Shown here: positions 47,980 through 57,496 of the stretch, in pieces
Numbering within the stretch: position 1 is the first letter of the stretch
Layout: each line of letters opens with the position of its first letter
Assembly (NCBI GenBank): GCA_003252295.1
Contig: QKEV01000003.1
Span: 64,701-128,700, forward strand
From: a bacterium
GTDB lineage: Bacteria; Patescibacteriota; Minisyncoccia; Phycocordibacterales; UBA12088
Direction of reading: 5' to 3'
DNA length: 64,000 nucleotides
The notes under the pieces: model-generated
Database searches by the model: none
Told to the model about the DNA's origin: nothing
What the model saw: the letters and a program-made list of their open reading frames with translations, nothing else
Program-made: the position numbers and the translations under genes

Positions 47980-48135
47980 GCCAGTCTTGTAAGATTATAT
48001 TTTCTTTCGATGAGACTGGCATGTTCTTTGTTGGTCCCCCCTACCAGCAGAATGCTGGCTGGTTTTATCGGAATTTAATATTCTGAGGACTGCACTCCGC
48101 TCGCGACCCCTGTTTACAGGGGTCGTATTTTTTAG
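47980..48135 (+). ncRNA. Candidate small structured RNA
   Basis: TTTACA-N16-TATAAA upstream; hairpins gccagtc/gactggc and ccagca/tgctgg; terminator cgacccctgt/acaggggtcg plus T run. Confidence 0.4.
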
Positions 48136-48168
48136 CACCCAAACCAAGGACTGGTTCGGGTGCTTTTG

Positions 48169-48483
48169 CTAGCGATACTTTTGAACATAGTCCAGTACTG
48201 TCATATAGATTTTGTGGGATAGACCTTCCATATGCATGGCACAAAGATGTTTAATCTCTTCTTCTGACAGTGCTGCCTTGAGTAGGGCACCAGCAACGGC
48301 TGCTACAGCGCATTCCTCAAGGGTACCGAGTGTTGATGTTTCTGTGATTCCTGCACTTTCGATTGGCTGCTGTTTGGCAAGGGTCGTTCTCTTTCTGACC
48401 TGTGAAGCTTGAGTACCTCCAATATGCGGATCTTTAATAAAATTGCTTTCACCTGGAGGGATTGGTTTTGTTGTAAACTGCAT
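48169..48483 (-). CDS. Hypothetical protein
   Basis: SD AGGAGG; terminator hairpin at about 48135-48167. Confidence 0.65.
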   Translation of the reverse strand: MQFTTKPIPPGESNFIKDPHIGGTQASQVRKRTTLAKQQPIESAGITETSTLGTLEECAVAAVAGALLKAALSEEEIKHLCAMHMEGLSHKIYMTVLDYVQKYR

Positions 48484-48563
48484 TGTTGCCTCCTATGTTT
48501 ATTTTTTATTGTTCCACCTATTCTTTACGGTACTGTATTTTTATAGAAAGTCAATAGTATACA

Positions 48564-48591
48564 TTGACAAAACACTAAAAAATGATATAAT
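48564..48591 (+). promoter_or_regulatory. Near-consensus sigma70 promoter
   Basis: TTGACA-N16-TATAAT with extended -10 TG. Confidence 0.75.
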
Positions 48592-48652
48592 ATAAAGTAG
48601 GAAATTTAAGGACTTTTATATATAACTTTTTACTTAAGAATGGAGGTTTGGT

Positions 48653-49336
48653 ATGGAGTATCAAACACTGCAGTACCTTGTATACATGTTTGTTGGACTA
48701 AGTATAGTCCTGATGATTCTCGGTATAGTATTTCTTTCACAAAGGGTAACGTTGACTCAGAAGGCAGAGATGTATTTTGATGAAGTGCTTATTTTAAGAA
48801 AGGAATTAGGAACTCTTCAGATGAAATATAATGAAGCACTCCTTCTTGGAACGACAAATGAGCTTACAAAGCTGCCTAATAAGAGTGGAATGGAAAGTAT
48901 AACAAGACCACTCTTTGGTATGCTGCATCGGGAAGAACTTGAGTGCCTGAGCATTGTTGCTATAGACCTCAAGGGACTAAAGTGGGTCAATGATAACATT
49001 GGCCACAATGATGGTGATCGGTACATTTGTGCCGCTGCTGAAGTGTTACAAAACACTATTCGTGAAGCGGATGTCGTTGGTCATCATTCTGGCGACGAGT
49101 TTGTTATTGTATTCACTGATACCGTTCGTGAAGGTATAGAGGTATTCATGGAGCGGGCACTTAAAAACCTCACCTCTCTTGAATTAGGTTTTCCAGAAGA
49201 GGTACAGGTTGGTTTCCGCTACGGAATTGCGACAGCGATGACGGGTGATGCAGATAGAAGGACTTACTGGTCTCTCTATGGACTTGCTGATGATGAGTGC
49301 AATGAAGTACGGAAGCGAGAGGGTAGCTCTCGTTAA
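48653..49336 (+). CDS. Membrane-anchored GGDEF-domain protein (diguanylate cyclase-like)
   Basis: ELTKLPN, IDLKGLKWVNDNIGHNDGD, SGDEF. Confidence 0.9.
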   Translation: MEYQTLQYLVYMFVGLSIVLMILGIVFLSQRVTLTQKAEMYFDEVLILRKELGTLQMKYNEALLLGTTNELTKLPNKSGMESITRPLFGMLHREELECLSIVAIDLKGLKWVNDNIGHNDGDRYICAAAEVLQNTIREADVVGHHSGDEFVIVFTDTVREGIEVFMERALKNLTSLELGFPEEVQVGFRYGIATAMTGDADRRTYWSLYGLADDECNEVRKREGSSR

Positions 49337-49474
49337 ATTGTAAAAAGTTAAAAACGCTCGGAGTTTACTCCGAGCGTTTTTTGTATATGTGGACATTTGC
49401 TGTGGTAGATGTAGAGTGGAACTAGGAGAAGTTCGTTGAGAAGAATTGTTATAAACAAGCACGAGGAGGATTGC

Positions 49475-51286
49475 ATGAGTCAGACCAAACCTAACAGAGG
49501 TACAGTGCGGAAACGTAAACAAAACGGTGAAAATAACGTTACCAATTTCAAAGGTACAAAAGGAGAATCACCTGTCGCCTCAACTGGAATTGAAGTCGCA
49601 GAACGTGTTGCACAAAACAAGAAAGCAAAACTGGATCAGTTTCCAGCAAAAGAATTTACCGCTGATACAAATGTTCCTGTGTCATTTGCAGGTGCACTCT
49701 TGAGTTTTGTTGAACATGATGTGCGTATGCCATGGCATGTGCTTTTAGAGCTCGACAAGTTTAAAGTAGGACTTAAAACAGAGAACATGCTTACACGCAT
49801 GGCAATCAATCTCATGTTGAGACTTGTTGAAGGTGTACGTATGGATGTTATCCATGAGGGTATACCACTCATCGAACCTGGAACAAAAGCACCAAAGAAC
49901 AGAAAGGTTGGTAAGCTGTTTTTCAATGTACCAACACAGGAGGAATTTTTGCAGGGTGAATTTGATGGATCTGATCATCCAGATCTTATTATCTTGAGAG
50001 AGTTTATAAAAAATAGAAATACTCAGCTCAAGAAAAAGTCAAACGGGAGTAAAGAGAAACCTCGAAAGAAAAATGATTTCATCTTTATTTCACGAGACAA
50101 GATGGCACGACTATTCGCTCTCCTACTTGGGATACCAGCGCAGGATTTTCGAAGAGTGTCACTCGATGAAAAGAAAGTGCTCACGGACAGATTGCACTAC
50201 TTTCCAAACAGTTTTTGGAACAACTGCATGGAAGAAATTCCTGATAGGAGTGCCACCGGAAATGCTCAAAAGAGTATTCGTGTTTTTAAGAACAGAGCGT
50301 TTCGCGGTATCAATGTGAATGAGTTCATCGTACTGGCTGGTGATGCTGGTTCTCCTGAGCGACACTTTCGAGTAATTAAAAAAGTGTCACCGGAGGTTGT
50401 ACATTTGCGTGAGCTTAAGGATTACAGGAAGAAAAGTAACGCACTTAGGGGTGTTGTTGCTTGGAATGAGGCGCAGAACAGGGGTATTGACGTGCTCTTT
50501 GATCCTGATGTGCCTGTGGTGTTGCTCTATGGTGACGTGGGTACCTCAAAAACGTTTCTTGCGGAATTAGCTGGCTACTATCAAATGATGCAATTTAACA
50601 GGTATCGGAGTATTGTTGCTGCTCGTGTTCCAGTTCCTGTTGGCAAAAAAGAACTTGCAGAGGTTCCTGGTGGTGTTGAGGAGAAAATGCGTCCGTGGCT
50701 TCAAGGTTTCTATGACAATATGACAATACTGGCGCACTACTTTACGCGTGACATGTTTCCAGAGGCGACATCAAAGAAACCGATGCCGTTTGAGGAGCTG
50801 ATACAAAGTCTCACCGGTAACACCAATAAACAAAAAGGAAAAAAGGGAGGCGCTAAAAACGGCAGCGAAAACAAGGATGTGAGTATTGACTATGATCTGT
50901 GTTTTGGTGCGATACAGGGGTGGATGAAAGGTAGGTCTGAAGTGGTACACCCATCAACCATTCGGAGTGCTTCGTTCTTTGACCAGTATGTAATCTTGGA
51001 TGAAGCGCAAGATGCACGACGTGATGTTTTGAAAGCTTTCCTTACTCGATTTGGTAAAGGTTTTGAGGAAGTACTGGATAGAGATGGAAAGGTGTTGCAT
51101 GAAGCAACTCGACCAAAACTTGTCATAACAGGTAGTGTGCAACAGATCGATAATCACATTGCTGATGGTGATTCAGCTTTCGCACGTCTCATTGCTGACT
51201 CTGTTGGTCAGGAAAGTGTTGCGCAGGTTATGCTTACCGAATGTACTCGAGATCCAGTTGTAAAGTTCTTCAATAAAATTTTATAA
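49475..51286 (+). CDS. PIN-PhoH (PhoH2-like) protein
   Basis: PIN motifs DTNV, LELDKFK, DLIIL, ISRD; PhoH motifs GDVGTSKT, PGGVEEKMRPW, ILDEAQ, LTRFG, TGSVQQID; SD GAGGAGG. Confidence 0.85.
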   Translation: MSQTKPNRGTVRKRKQNGENNVTNFKGTKGESPVASTGIEVAERVAQNKKAKLDQFPAKEFTADTNVPVSFAGALLSFVEHDVRMPWHVLLELDKFKVGLKTENMLTRMAINLMLRLVEGVRMDVIHEGIPLIEPGTKAPKNRKVGKLFFNVPTQEEFLQGEFDGSDHPDLIILREFIKNRNTQLKKKSNGSKEKPRKKNDFIFISRDKMARLFALLLGIPAQDFRRVSLDEKKVLTDRLHYFPNSFWNNCMEEIPDRSATGNAQKSIRVFKNRAFRGINVNEFIVLAGDAGSPERHFRVIKKVSPEVVHLRELKDYRKKSNALRGVVAWNEAQNRGIDVLFDPDVPVVLLYGDVGTSKTFLAELAGYYQMMQFNRYRSIVAARVPVPVGKKELAEVPGGVEEKMRPWLQGFYDNMTILAHYFTRDMFPEATSKKPMPFEELIQSLTGNTNKQKGKKGGAKNGSENKDVSIDYDLCFGAIQGWMKGRSEVVHPSTIRSASFFDQYVILDEAQDARRDVLKAFLTRFGKGFEEVLDRDGKVLHEATRPKLVITGSVQQIDNHIADGDSAFARLIADSVGQESVAQVMLTECTRDPVVKFFNKIL

Positions 51287-51390
51287 TTTTTTTTAAAAGG
51301 TCGCACAGCATGTTTGTGCGGCCTTTTGTAGTGGCTAAGTGTGCTATCTGTGCTACAGTTTAGGTACTACAAGTTCTAATATAAAAACGT

Positions 51391-52620
51391 ATGGAAGTGC
51401 AGCAACTCGAAACCTTTGTCATCGAAAAGGTGCGCTCAGGCACCAGTAAGGGTGACATAAAAGAGCAGCTTCTGGCGGTGGGGTGGTCAGAAGATGAAGC
51501 AGATGAGGCGTACGCTCGTGCGCTCATAAAGAGTGGTGTGCCGATACCAAATGAAGGTACACGAGGGATGTACACCAAGAAGTCGAGTGTCCTTGAGGTG
51601 ATACTCAACCTCTTTTCTTTTATCCTACTTGGTGTTGTGGTGACGGCGCTTGGTATGTTGTTCTTTAACATCATCAGCTACTTCTTCCCGGTAAGTGAAC
51701 AAGTCTACAACTTGTCACTGGTGCAAGCCATGCGCGATGCGATTCACTACGCAACAGCAGCGCTCATTATTGGATTCCCACTCTACTACATGTCTATGCA
51801 GTTGTGGTTTCGTAAGTTTGATGAGGATGAGGGCAAGGTGGAGTCAAAGCTGACGAGGTGGATCACGTACCTCGTACTTCTTGTTGCGGCGGTTACCATG
51901 GTGGGTGACCTTATTGCAGTGCTCTATACCTTCTTACAAGGTGAAGCAACGGTACGGTTTTTCCTTAAGGGAATCACTCTTTTCTCTCTTGCTGGTGCGG
52001 TCTTCGGTTTCTATCTTTTAGAGCGAAAACGAGTGCAGTATCACAAGGAGGTGTCGTTGCGAGTATTCAAATCGTACGCAGGGACGCTCATGGGTGTCAT
52101 AGTTGTCGGTATCACGTTCGGCTTCATGGCGGCGGGAACACCTGATACAGAGCGAGTGCGTGCGTTTGACGCACAGCGCTCGAGTGATCTTGAGTCGACA
52201 GCCCAGTGTGTTGCCGCATACACAGAAAAATTTGAAGCTCTGCCAGAACAGTTGAGCGACCTCCGACGTTCGAGTGACTTCTCCTACTGTGACAGTTTGT
52301 ATGATCCTGAAACAGGGATGCCGTATGAGTATAGAATTACTACCCCACTTACTATTGGTGAGAATGGTTTAGCGACAGGAGAGTTTGAGCTCTGTGCAAA
52401 CTTTGCACTTGCAACTATCTCAGACACCTACACCGGTGCTTCGCGCCAAGCAGGTGCAACTTCAGTTAAGATCGGTTACTCCATGGACACGGTGTCGGTA
52501 AAATGGTATACCCATACAGCTGGCAGGTATTGCAATTTTGAGAGTGTGAGCTTTAAAGCGAGGGATGTAGGAGTTAACACAGTAACATCCACAGCAGTAC
52601 CAGTCCCGGTTGGAGAATAA
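51391..52620 (+). CDS. DUF5671-like multi-TM protein with C-terminal pilin-like domain
   Basis: IKEQLLAVGW N-domain; RWITYLVL..GDL..FLQGE...RFFLK; D.QR..DL; DPETG.PYEY; FELCANF. Confidence 0.75.
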   Translation: MEVQQLETFVIEKVRSGTSKGDIKEQLLAVGWSEDEADEAYARALIKSGVPIPNEGTRGMYTKKSSVLEVILNLFSFILLGVVVTALGMLFFNIISYFFPVSEQVYNLSLVQAMRDAIHYATAALIIGFPLYYMSMQLWFRKFDEDEGKVESKLTRWITYLVLLVAAVTMVGDLIAVLYTFLQGEATVRFFLKGITLFSLAGAVFGFYLLERKRVQYHKEVSLRVFKSYAGTLMGVIVVGITFGFMAAGTPDTERVRAFDAQRSSDLESTAQCVAAYTEKFEALPEQLSDLRRSSDFSYCDSLYDPETGMPYEYRITTPLTIGENGLATGEFELCANFALATISDTYTGASRQAGATSVKIGYSMDTVSVKWYTHTAGRYCNFESVSFKARDVGVNTVTSTAVPVPVGE

Positions 52621-52637
52621 ACTGAAAGTAAAACAAT

Positions 52638-53375
52638 ATGAAGAAACAAGAGAACGCTTACATTTATGGTAAGCATGCTATTTCTGAAGCGCTCAAACGT
52701 GCGCCGCAAGCGTTGCGTCACATGTACTTTGTTGGGAAGACCAACCAAGACGTAATGGAGAAGACCCAGGCGCTTGGTATACCGTATGACAATTGTGATG
52801 AAAACCATTTACCACAAGGTGTCGATCGTGATGCAAACCATCAAGGTCTCATTGCACTTGTAACACCAAAAAAGATCTTGCAGGAGTACAAACCGTTCAT
52901 TGAGAGTTTAGAGGTGACTGATGGCACTGGTTTAGTCCTTTTAAACGAGCTTACTGATCCGCATAATGTTGGTGCTATTATTCGAAGTGCAGCAGCGTTT
53001 GGCATTAAGGGAGTACTCATACCTGAGTACCGTCAAGCACCAATTACCGGTACAGTTGTGAAAGTTTCAGCAGGTATGGCATTTGCACTACCACTTGTGT
53101 CTATTGGGAACACCAACACGGTACTACGTGATTTAAAGGATAGGGGGTTCTGGGTGTACGGTCTTACCGGAGAGGGGGACACTTCAATCACTGATGAGCA
53201 GTTTACAAAACCATCAGTATTCGTACTTGGTAACGAGGAGCGCGGTATGCGTGAGAAGACTGAAGAGGTGTGTGATTTTCGACTCTCTATTCCTATAGCA
53301 TCTGACGTTGAGTCACTCAACGTTGCTGCAAGCGCAGCAGTGACCTTCTATGCGTGGAAGTCACAACGAGGTTAA
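52638..53375 (+). CDS. rlmB: 23S rRNA (G2251-2'-O)-methyltransferase
   Basis: YIYGKHA, HQG, TDPHNVGAIIRSA, KVSAG, GNEERG, SLNVAAS SPOUT motifs. Confidence 0.92.
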   Translation: MKKQENAYIYGKHAISEALKRAPQALRHMYFVGKTNQDVMEKTQALGIPYDNCDENHLPQGVDRDANHQGLIALVTPKKILQEYKPFIESLEVTDGTGLVLLNELTDPHNVGAIIRSAAAFGIKGVLIPEYRQAPITGTVVKVSAGMAFALPLVSIGNTNTVLRDLKDRGFWVYGLTGEGDTSITDEQFTKPSVFVLGNEERGMREKTEEVCDFRLSIPIASDVESLNVAASAAVTFYAWKSQRG

Positions 53376-53380
53376 CTTTT

Positions 53381-53428
53381 GGGTATATAATTCAGTATAT
53401 AATTAGGTATATAATAAATTATATACCT
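53381..53428. repeat. 12-bp unit array (GGGTATATAATT, CAGTATATAATT, AGGTATATAATA, inverted AATTATATACCT)
   Basis: Same unit as 17351-17400. Confidence 0.85.
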
Positions 53429-53483
53429 GCGTGCTGTGTATAGTTTGTATTTTCGATATTTTTTTGATGCTATAGTGTTACAT

Positions 53484-53864
53484 ATGTTTAAGAAAATACT
53501 CACATACTTTTTTATGACACTCGGTGTCATATTCTTTATCATTCTTTGTGGTCTCGCATACATTTGGTTTGCTGACCCGTTCAATATTCGTCCACTCATA
53601 GCAACACTCACAAGTGACACTCCAACTTCTGTTTCAACAACGAGTGGGGGTAGTACCGTAGACAAGAATCCTGCACTTTCTGCACAGCAGGAGGAGGCAC
53701 TTGAGTCTATTGGTATCAATCCAGAAAATCTTCCAACTTCCATAACTCCTGAGATGCAGGCATGCTTCACAGAAAAACTTGGTGCAGCACGTGTTGCTGA
53801 GATTGTTGCAGGTGATACGCCGTCGGCGACTGAGGTGTTTACTACTCGTGAATGCTATCAGTAA
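53484..53864 (+). CDS. Hypothetical membrane-anchored protein
   Basis: TM then DKNPALS..Q..GI.P..LP..ITPEM.ACF..LG..RV. Confidence 0.8.
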   Translation: MFKKILTYFFMTLGVIFFIILCGLAYIWFADPFNIRPLIATLTSDTPTSVSTTSGGSTVDKNPALSAQQEEALESIGINPENLPTSITPEMQACFTEKLGAARVAEIVAGDTPSATEVFTTRECYQ

Positions 53865-53985
53865 GATTATTTATTTGGCGAATTTCTTCGTTACTTCAAT
53901 TACTCAAACACTCACCATACATACAATATGGTGAGTGTTTCCATTCCTTCGGACATGAACTGCACCCAAGTGTGCTCGTTCTAAA

Positions 53986-54699
53986 TTAGAGAGAAATATC
54001 AGTGAACAGTTCAGCGTGAGCAACATTCTGCAGTACTGTTGCAGGCATTTTTGAGTAGTCTGGCGTTGCGTGCAACATTGCTTCGAGTGCCTCCTTTTTT
54101 TGTATTCCTGTTGCATACACGACGGCGTGATGTATGTGGCGTAGAAAGTAGGAAAGGGTGACGGTGATACGTTCTCCATGAGGGTTTCGTTCTGGGGCAA
54201 CATTGTGTCCAACTGCACACTTGTTACTATTTAGGAACAGTCCTTCAAAAGCACTTGGGTCATCTGTCATCGGGAGTACACCTGCGGTATGTATGTCACT
54301 GCCAACACCTACGGTTGCAATGACCACACCATTTTGATGAGTAATGTGCCAGTGCTTAAGAGCGATATCAAAACGTTTTGCTGTATCAAAGAGTGATTCG
54401 TGTTCTTGTGGTCGTGGATCAATAGTTTGTATACCTTTCTCCATACATGCTCGTAGGAAAGTCGTGTTTTCTAACAATGCAAAGTTGCCCTCTTTGGTGT
54501 CAGTGCTGTAGCGTTCATCAAGAACAGAAATAGTTGTGTTTTTTGGTACGTACTTTGGATGTAGGTGGTCAACAATAGTGAGTGAGCTTCCTCCAGAGAA
54601 GAGGAGGAGTATATCCCTCTCAGCATATGTTGCTAAAAGTTGTATGAGCGCCTTAGCTGCTTCATTTGATGGATTTCCACTTGTGTGAACATTGATCAT
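53986..54699 (-). CDS. 6-phosphogluconolactonase / glucosamine-6-P isomerase-like protein
   Basis: LFSGGSS, LDER, GVGSDIHTAG, RITVT, G.QKKEA. Confidence 0.85.
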   Translation of the reverse strand: MINVHTSGNPSNEAAKALIQLLATYAERDILLLFSGGSSLTIVDHLHPKYVPKNTTISVLDERYSTDTKEGNFALLENTTFLRACMEKGIQTIDPRPQEHESLFDTAKRFDIALKHWHITHQNGVVIATVGVGSDIHTAGVLPMTDDPSAFEGLFLNSNKCAVGHNVAPERNPHGERITVTLSYFLRHIHHAVVYATGIQKKEALEAMLHATPDYSKMPATVLQNVAHAELFTDISL

Positions 54700-54778
54700 G
54701 TTGTGCGATGACTATGGTATCACATCATACACAAAAAAGGGTGGGAGGAGTAGGAGGTAGCGTGTATACTATGCAAAT

Positions 54779-56164
54779 ATGGATAGCTCAAAAGCAAGTA
54801 TTCTTGGTGCATCAGTGGTTTTCGTGGTTGCTGCGTTCGTAATGGGGGTGCAGGTAGGAGAACGACGTGTTGTACCTACTGATGGAGTACCAAGAGATCT
54901 GGTCAATACTGAAGGTGATATACTCACTGCTCAAGTTGGAGCAAACACTGACGCTTTTGATTTTACACCGTACTGGAGGGTATGGAATACGCTTGAGCGA
55001 AAGTTTGCTCCGTATGGAACCACAACAGCTGTGGCAATGGATCCGGAGTCAAGGGTGTATAGTTCCATTGAAGGTTTGGTGAACAGTTACGGTGATCCCT
55101 ACACTGTTTTCATGCGTCCTCAGGTTGCTGAGAACTTTAAGATCTCAACAAAAGGGTCGCTTGAAGGAATAGGTGCAGTGATTGGTGAGTATCAAGGTGG
55201 TCTCGTTGTTGTTAGTCCACTTGTTGACTCACCTGCTGAGAAAGCTGGTCTTGTCTCTGGTGACAAGATCCTCAAGGTTGATGATGTCACAACAGAGGGA
55301 GAAACAGTAGATCAGGCAGTTGACCGAATACGAGGTGAGCGAGGGACAGAAGTGAAGCTACTCATACAGTCAGTTGATGAGGAACCAAGAGATGTATACA
55401 TTACTCGAGGTACTATTGAAATACCATCTACAGCACATACAGTCGTTGCGAAAGAAGTGCCAAAAGTAGCTGTAAGCACTGGAGATACTGAACCAGACGG
55501 TAAGGTAGAATCAGCAAGTTCAGATGGAGGAGACTCTGGAGAAGAATCCTCCTCTGCTAAGGTTTCGGAGGACAAGCCGTTTGAGACTGAGGTGAAAGAT
55601 TTTTACGTATTGCAGCTCTTTAGTTTTTCACAGACATCAATAAATGCTTTTCAACGTGAACTGGAAGATTTTAAGGAGAGTGGTTCGGACTCACTCATCA
55701 TTGACCTGCGAGGAAATCCTGGGGGATACATAGAGTCAGCAGTGCAGATAGCAAGTTGGTTCCTACATGATGGTGATGTGGTGGTACGTGAATACCATGG
55801 TCCTGAAAAGCGTGAGGTGGTGCACTATGCGCAAAACAGGAACCTTTTTGATGATGAGCTTCCAAAGGTTGCCGTACTTGTGAACAAGGGAAGTGCCTCA
55901 GCTGCTGAGATACTCGCAGGAGCCCTTCAGGAACATGGAGTAGCAACTATAGTGGGAACCAACACGTTTGGTAAAGGGTCGGTACAGGAACTTGTTAATA
56001 TTACTGATAACTTGGCACTCAAGGTTACTGTTGCTCGCTGGTACACACCAAACGGTATTTCAATCTCTCAAGGAGGTCTCACACCGGATGTGCAAGTTGA
56101 TACAAATGCGACATCGAGTGATCCATGGATCGACGCTGCGGTTGAAGCGCTCACTACTAGCTAG
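54779..56164 (+). CDS. S41 carboxyl-terminal processing protease with PDZ domain
   Basis: GDPYT, GIGA, SPAEKAG, DLRGNPGG, SASAAEI, TFGKGSVQ, WYTPNG. Confidence 0.95.
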   Translation: MDSSKASILGASVVFVVAAFVMGVQVGERRVVPTDGVPRDLVNTEGDILTAQVGANTDAFDFTPYWRVWNTLERKFAPYGTTTAVAMDPESRVYSSIEGLVNSYGDPYTVFMRPQVAENFKISTKGSLEGIGAVIGEYQGGLVVVSPLVDSPAEKAGLVSGDKILKVDDVTTEGETVDQAVDRIRGERGTEVKLLIQSVDEEPRDVYITRGTIEIPSTAHTVVAKEVPKVAVSTGDTEPDGKVESASSDGGDSGEESSSAKVSEDKPFETEVKDFYVLQLFSFSQTSINAFQRELEDFKESGSDSLIIDLRGNPGGYIESAVQIASWFLHDGDVVVREYHGPEKREVVHYAQNRNLFDDELPKVAVLVNKGSASAAEILAGALQEHGVATIVGTNTFGKGSVQELVNITDNLALKVTVARWYTPNGISISQGGLTPDVQVDTNATSSDPWIDAAVEALTTS

Positions 56165-56203
56165 TAGGTGGCACCTTGTCTGTAAAAAGGGTACTATATC
56201 CTT

Positions 56204-56725
56204 ATGTCTACTCAGAGAATTGCTGTACTATTTAGTGTTTTTTTACTGCTTATCGTTGTGGCTGTGTTCGTGCTGAAAGGGCAAGAGGTGGTAGCTCCAG
56301 TGAATGTTGATGAGGTAACTACTCCTGTTGATGAGGTACGTGATACAAAAAATATTCTTGATTTGAGTAACCAGTCATTGATCGCAATGCCTGACTACGT
56401 TCTTGAAGCGACACAACTGGAGGTGCTTAATCTGTCACGTAACAACATCAGTGAAACCTTGCCTGCTGAAATCCGTTTCCTTACAAACCTGCGCGTGCTT
56501 GATATTTCTCATAACAGCTTTACAAATGTGCCAGCTGAGGTTGGGCAGCTCACGGAGCTCACGGAGCTTAACCTTTCATACAACAAGCTCACAGGATTGC
56601 CACATGAAATTGGTAACCTGCAAAAACTGCAAGTACTCGACGTGCGGGGTAACGAGTATTCAGAAACAGATATGGAGGTGATTCGTGCAGCCTTGCCATC
56701 TTCAACAAACATTATTACCGACTAG
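56204..56725 (+). CDS. Membrane-anchored leucine-rich repeat protein
   Basis: About 5 LxxLxLSxNx(1-2)LP.EI repeats of 23 aa; N-terminal TM. Confidence 0.92.
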   Translation: MSTQRIAVLFSVFLLLIVVAVFVLKGQEVVAPVNVDEVTTPVDEVRDTKNILDLSNQSLIAMPDYVLEATQLEVLNLSRNNISETLPAEIRFLTNLRVLDISHNSFTNVPAEVGQLTELTELNLSYNKLTGLPHEIGNLQKLQVLDVRGNEYSETDMEVIRAALPSSTNIITD

Positions 56726-56731
56726 TTGTAT

Positions 56732-57496
56732 ATGTCAGATTTCTACAAGGTTCCAAGAACGAGAGGATTGTACAGGACGGATGCACGCGAGCCATTCAAA
56801 ATTTCTCGAAGTAAGCTCGAACTATCTCTTGAATGTCCTCGTTGCTTTTACATTGACCGTAAACTTGGGGTGGGGCGTCCACCAGGGTTTCCGTTTAACC
56901 TAAACTCAGCAGTAGATACGCTTCTGAAACGTGAGTTTGACATGCACCGAGTGGCGGGTACGAAGCATCCACTACAGGAACACTATGGTGTAGATGCGAT
57001 TCCTGTTGCTCATGAAGACCTAGATACATGGCGACATAACTTTACTGGTGTGCAGGTGCTTCATGAGCCGACCAACTTTATGGTGTTTGGTGCTATAGAT
57101 GATCTTTGGGAGAACACTGACGGTGAGTACGTGGTGGTTGACTACAAGGCTACCTCAAAGTCTGAGAAGATCGAAGCACTTGATAAAGAGTGGCATGGAG
57201 GATACAAACGACAAATGGAAATATATCAGTGGCTCCTACGACAGAAGGGGTACACGGTGTCTGATACAGGATACTTTGTGTACTGTAATGGAGATGCTGA
57301 TAGAGAGGCATTTGACGCACGTCTTGAGTTTGATGTGACGCTCATACCATATACAGGTGATGATAGTTGGGTAGAGGGAGCTATACGTGATGCAAAAGAG
57401 ATACTTGATAGTGAGATGCTTCCAGAAGCGTCATCTGATTGTGACTACTGTACGTTCTTCTATGAACGTGGTAAGTGTGAGAAAAAGACTAGCTGA
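56732..57496 (+). CDS. PD-(D/E)XK nuclease-family protein (RecB/Cas4-like)
   Basis: SRSKL...ECPRCFY, GAIDD, VVDYK, QMEIY, CDYC. Confidence 0.88.
   Translation: MSDFYKVPRTRGLYRTDAREPFKISRSKLELSLECPRCFYIDRKLGVGRPPGFPFNLNSAVDTLLKREFDMHRVAGTKHPLQEHYGVDAIPVAHEDLDTWRHNFTGVQVLHEPTNFMVFGAIDDLWENTDGEYVVVDYKATSKSEKIEALDKEWHGGYKRQMEIYQWLLRQKGYTVSDTGYFVYCNGDADREAFDARLEFDVTLIPYTGDDSWVEGAIRDAKEILDSEMLPEASSDCDYCTFFYERGKCEKKTS

Noticed and set aside
56732-57496. Cas4 / CRISPR-Cas locus
   Set aside because: Solo PD-(D/E)XK nuclease with no other cas genes and no repeat-spacer array in the window.
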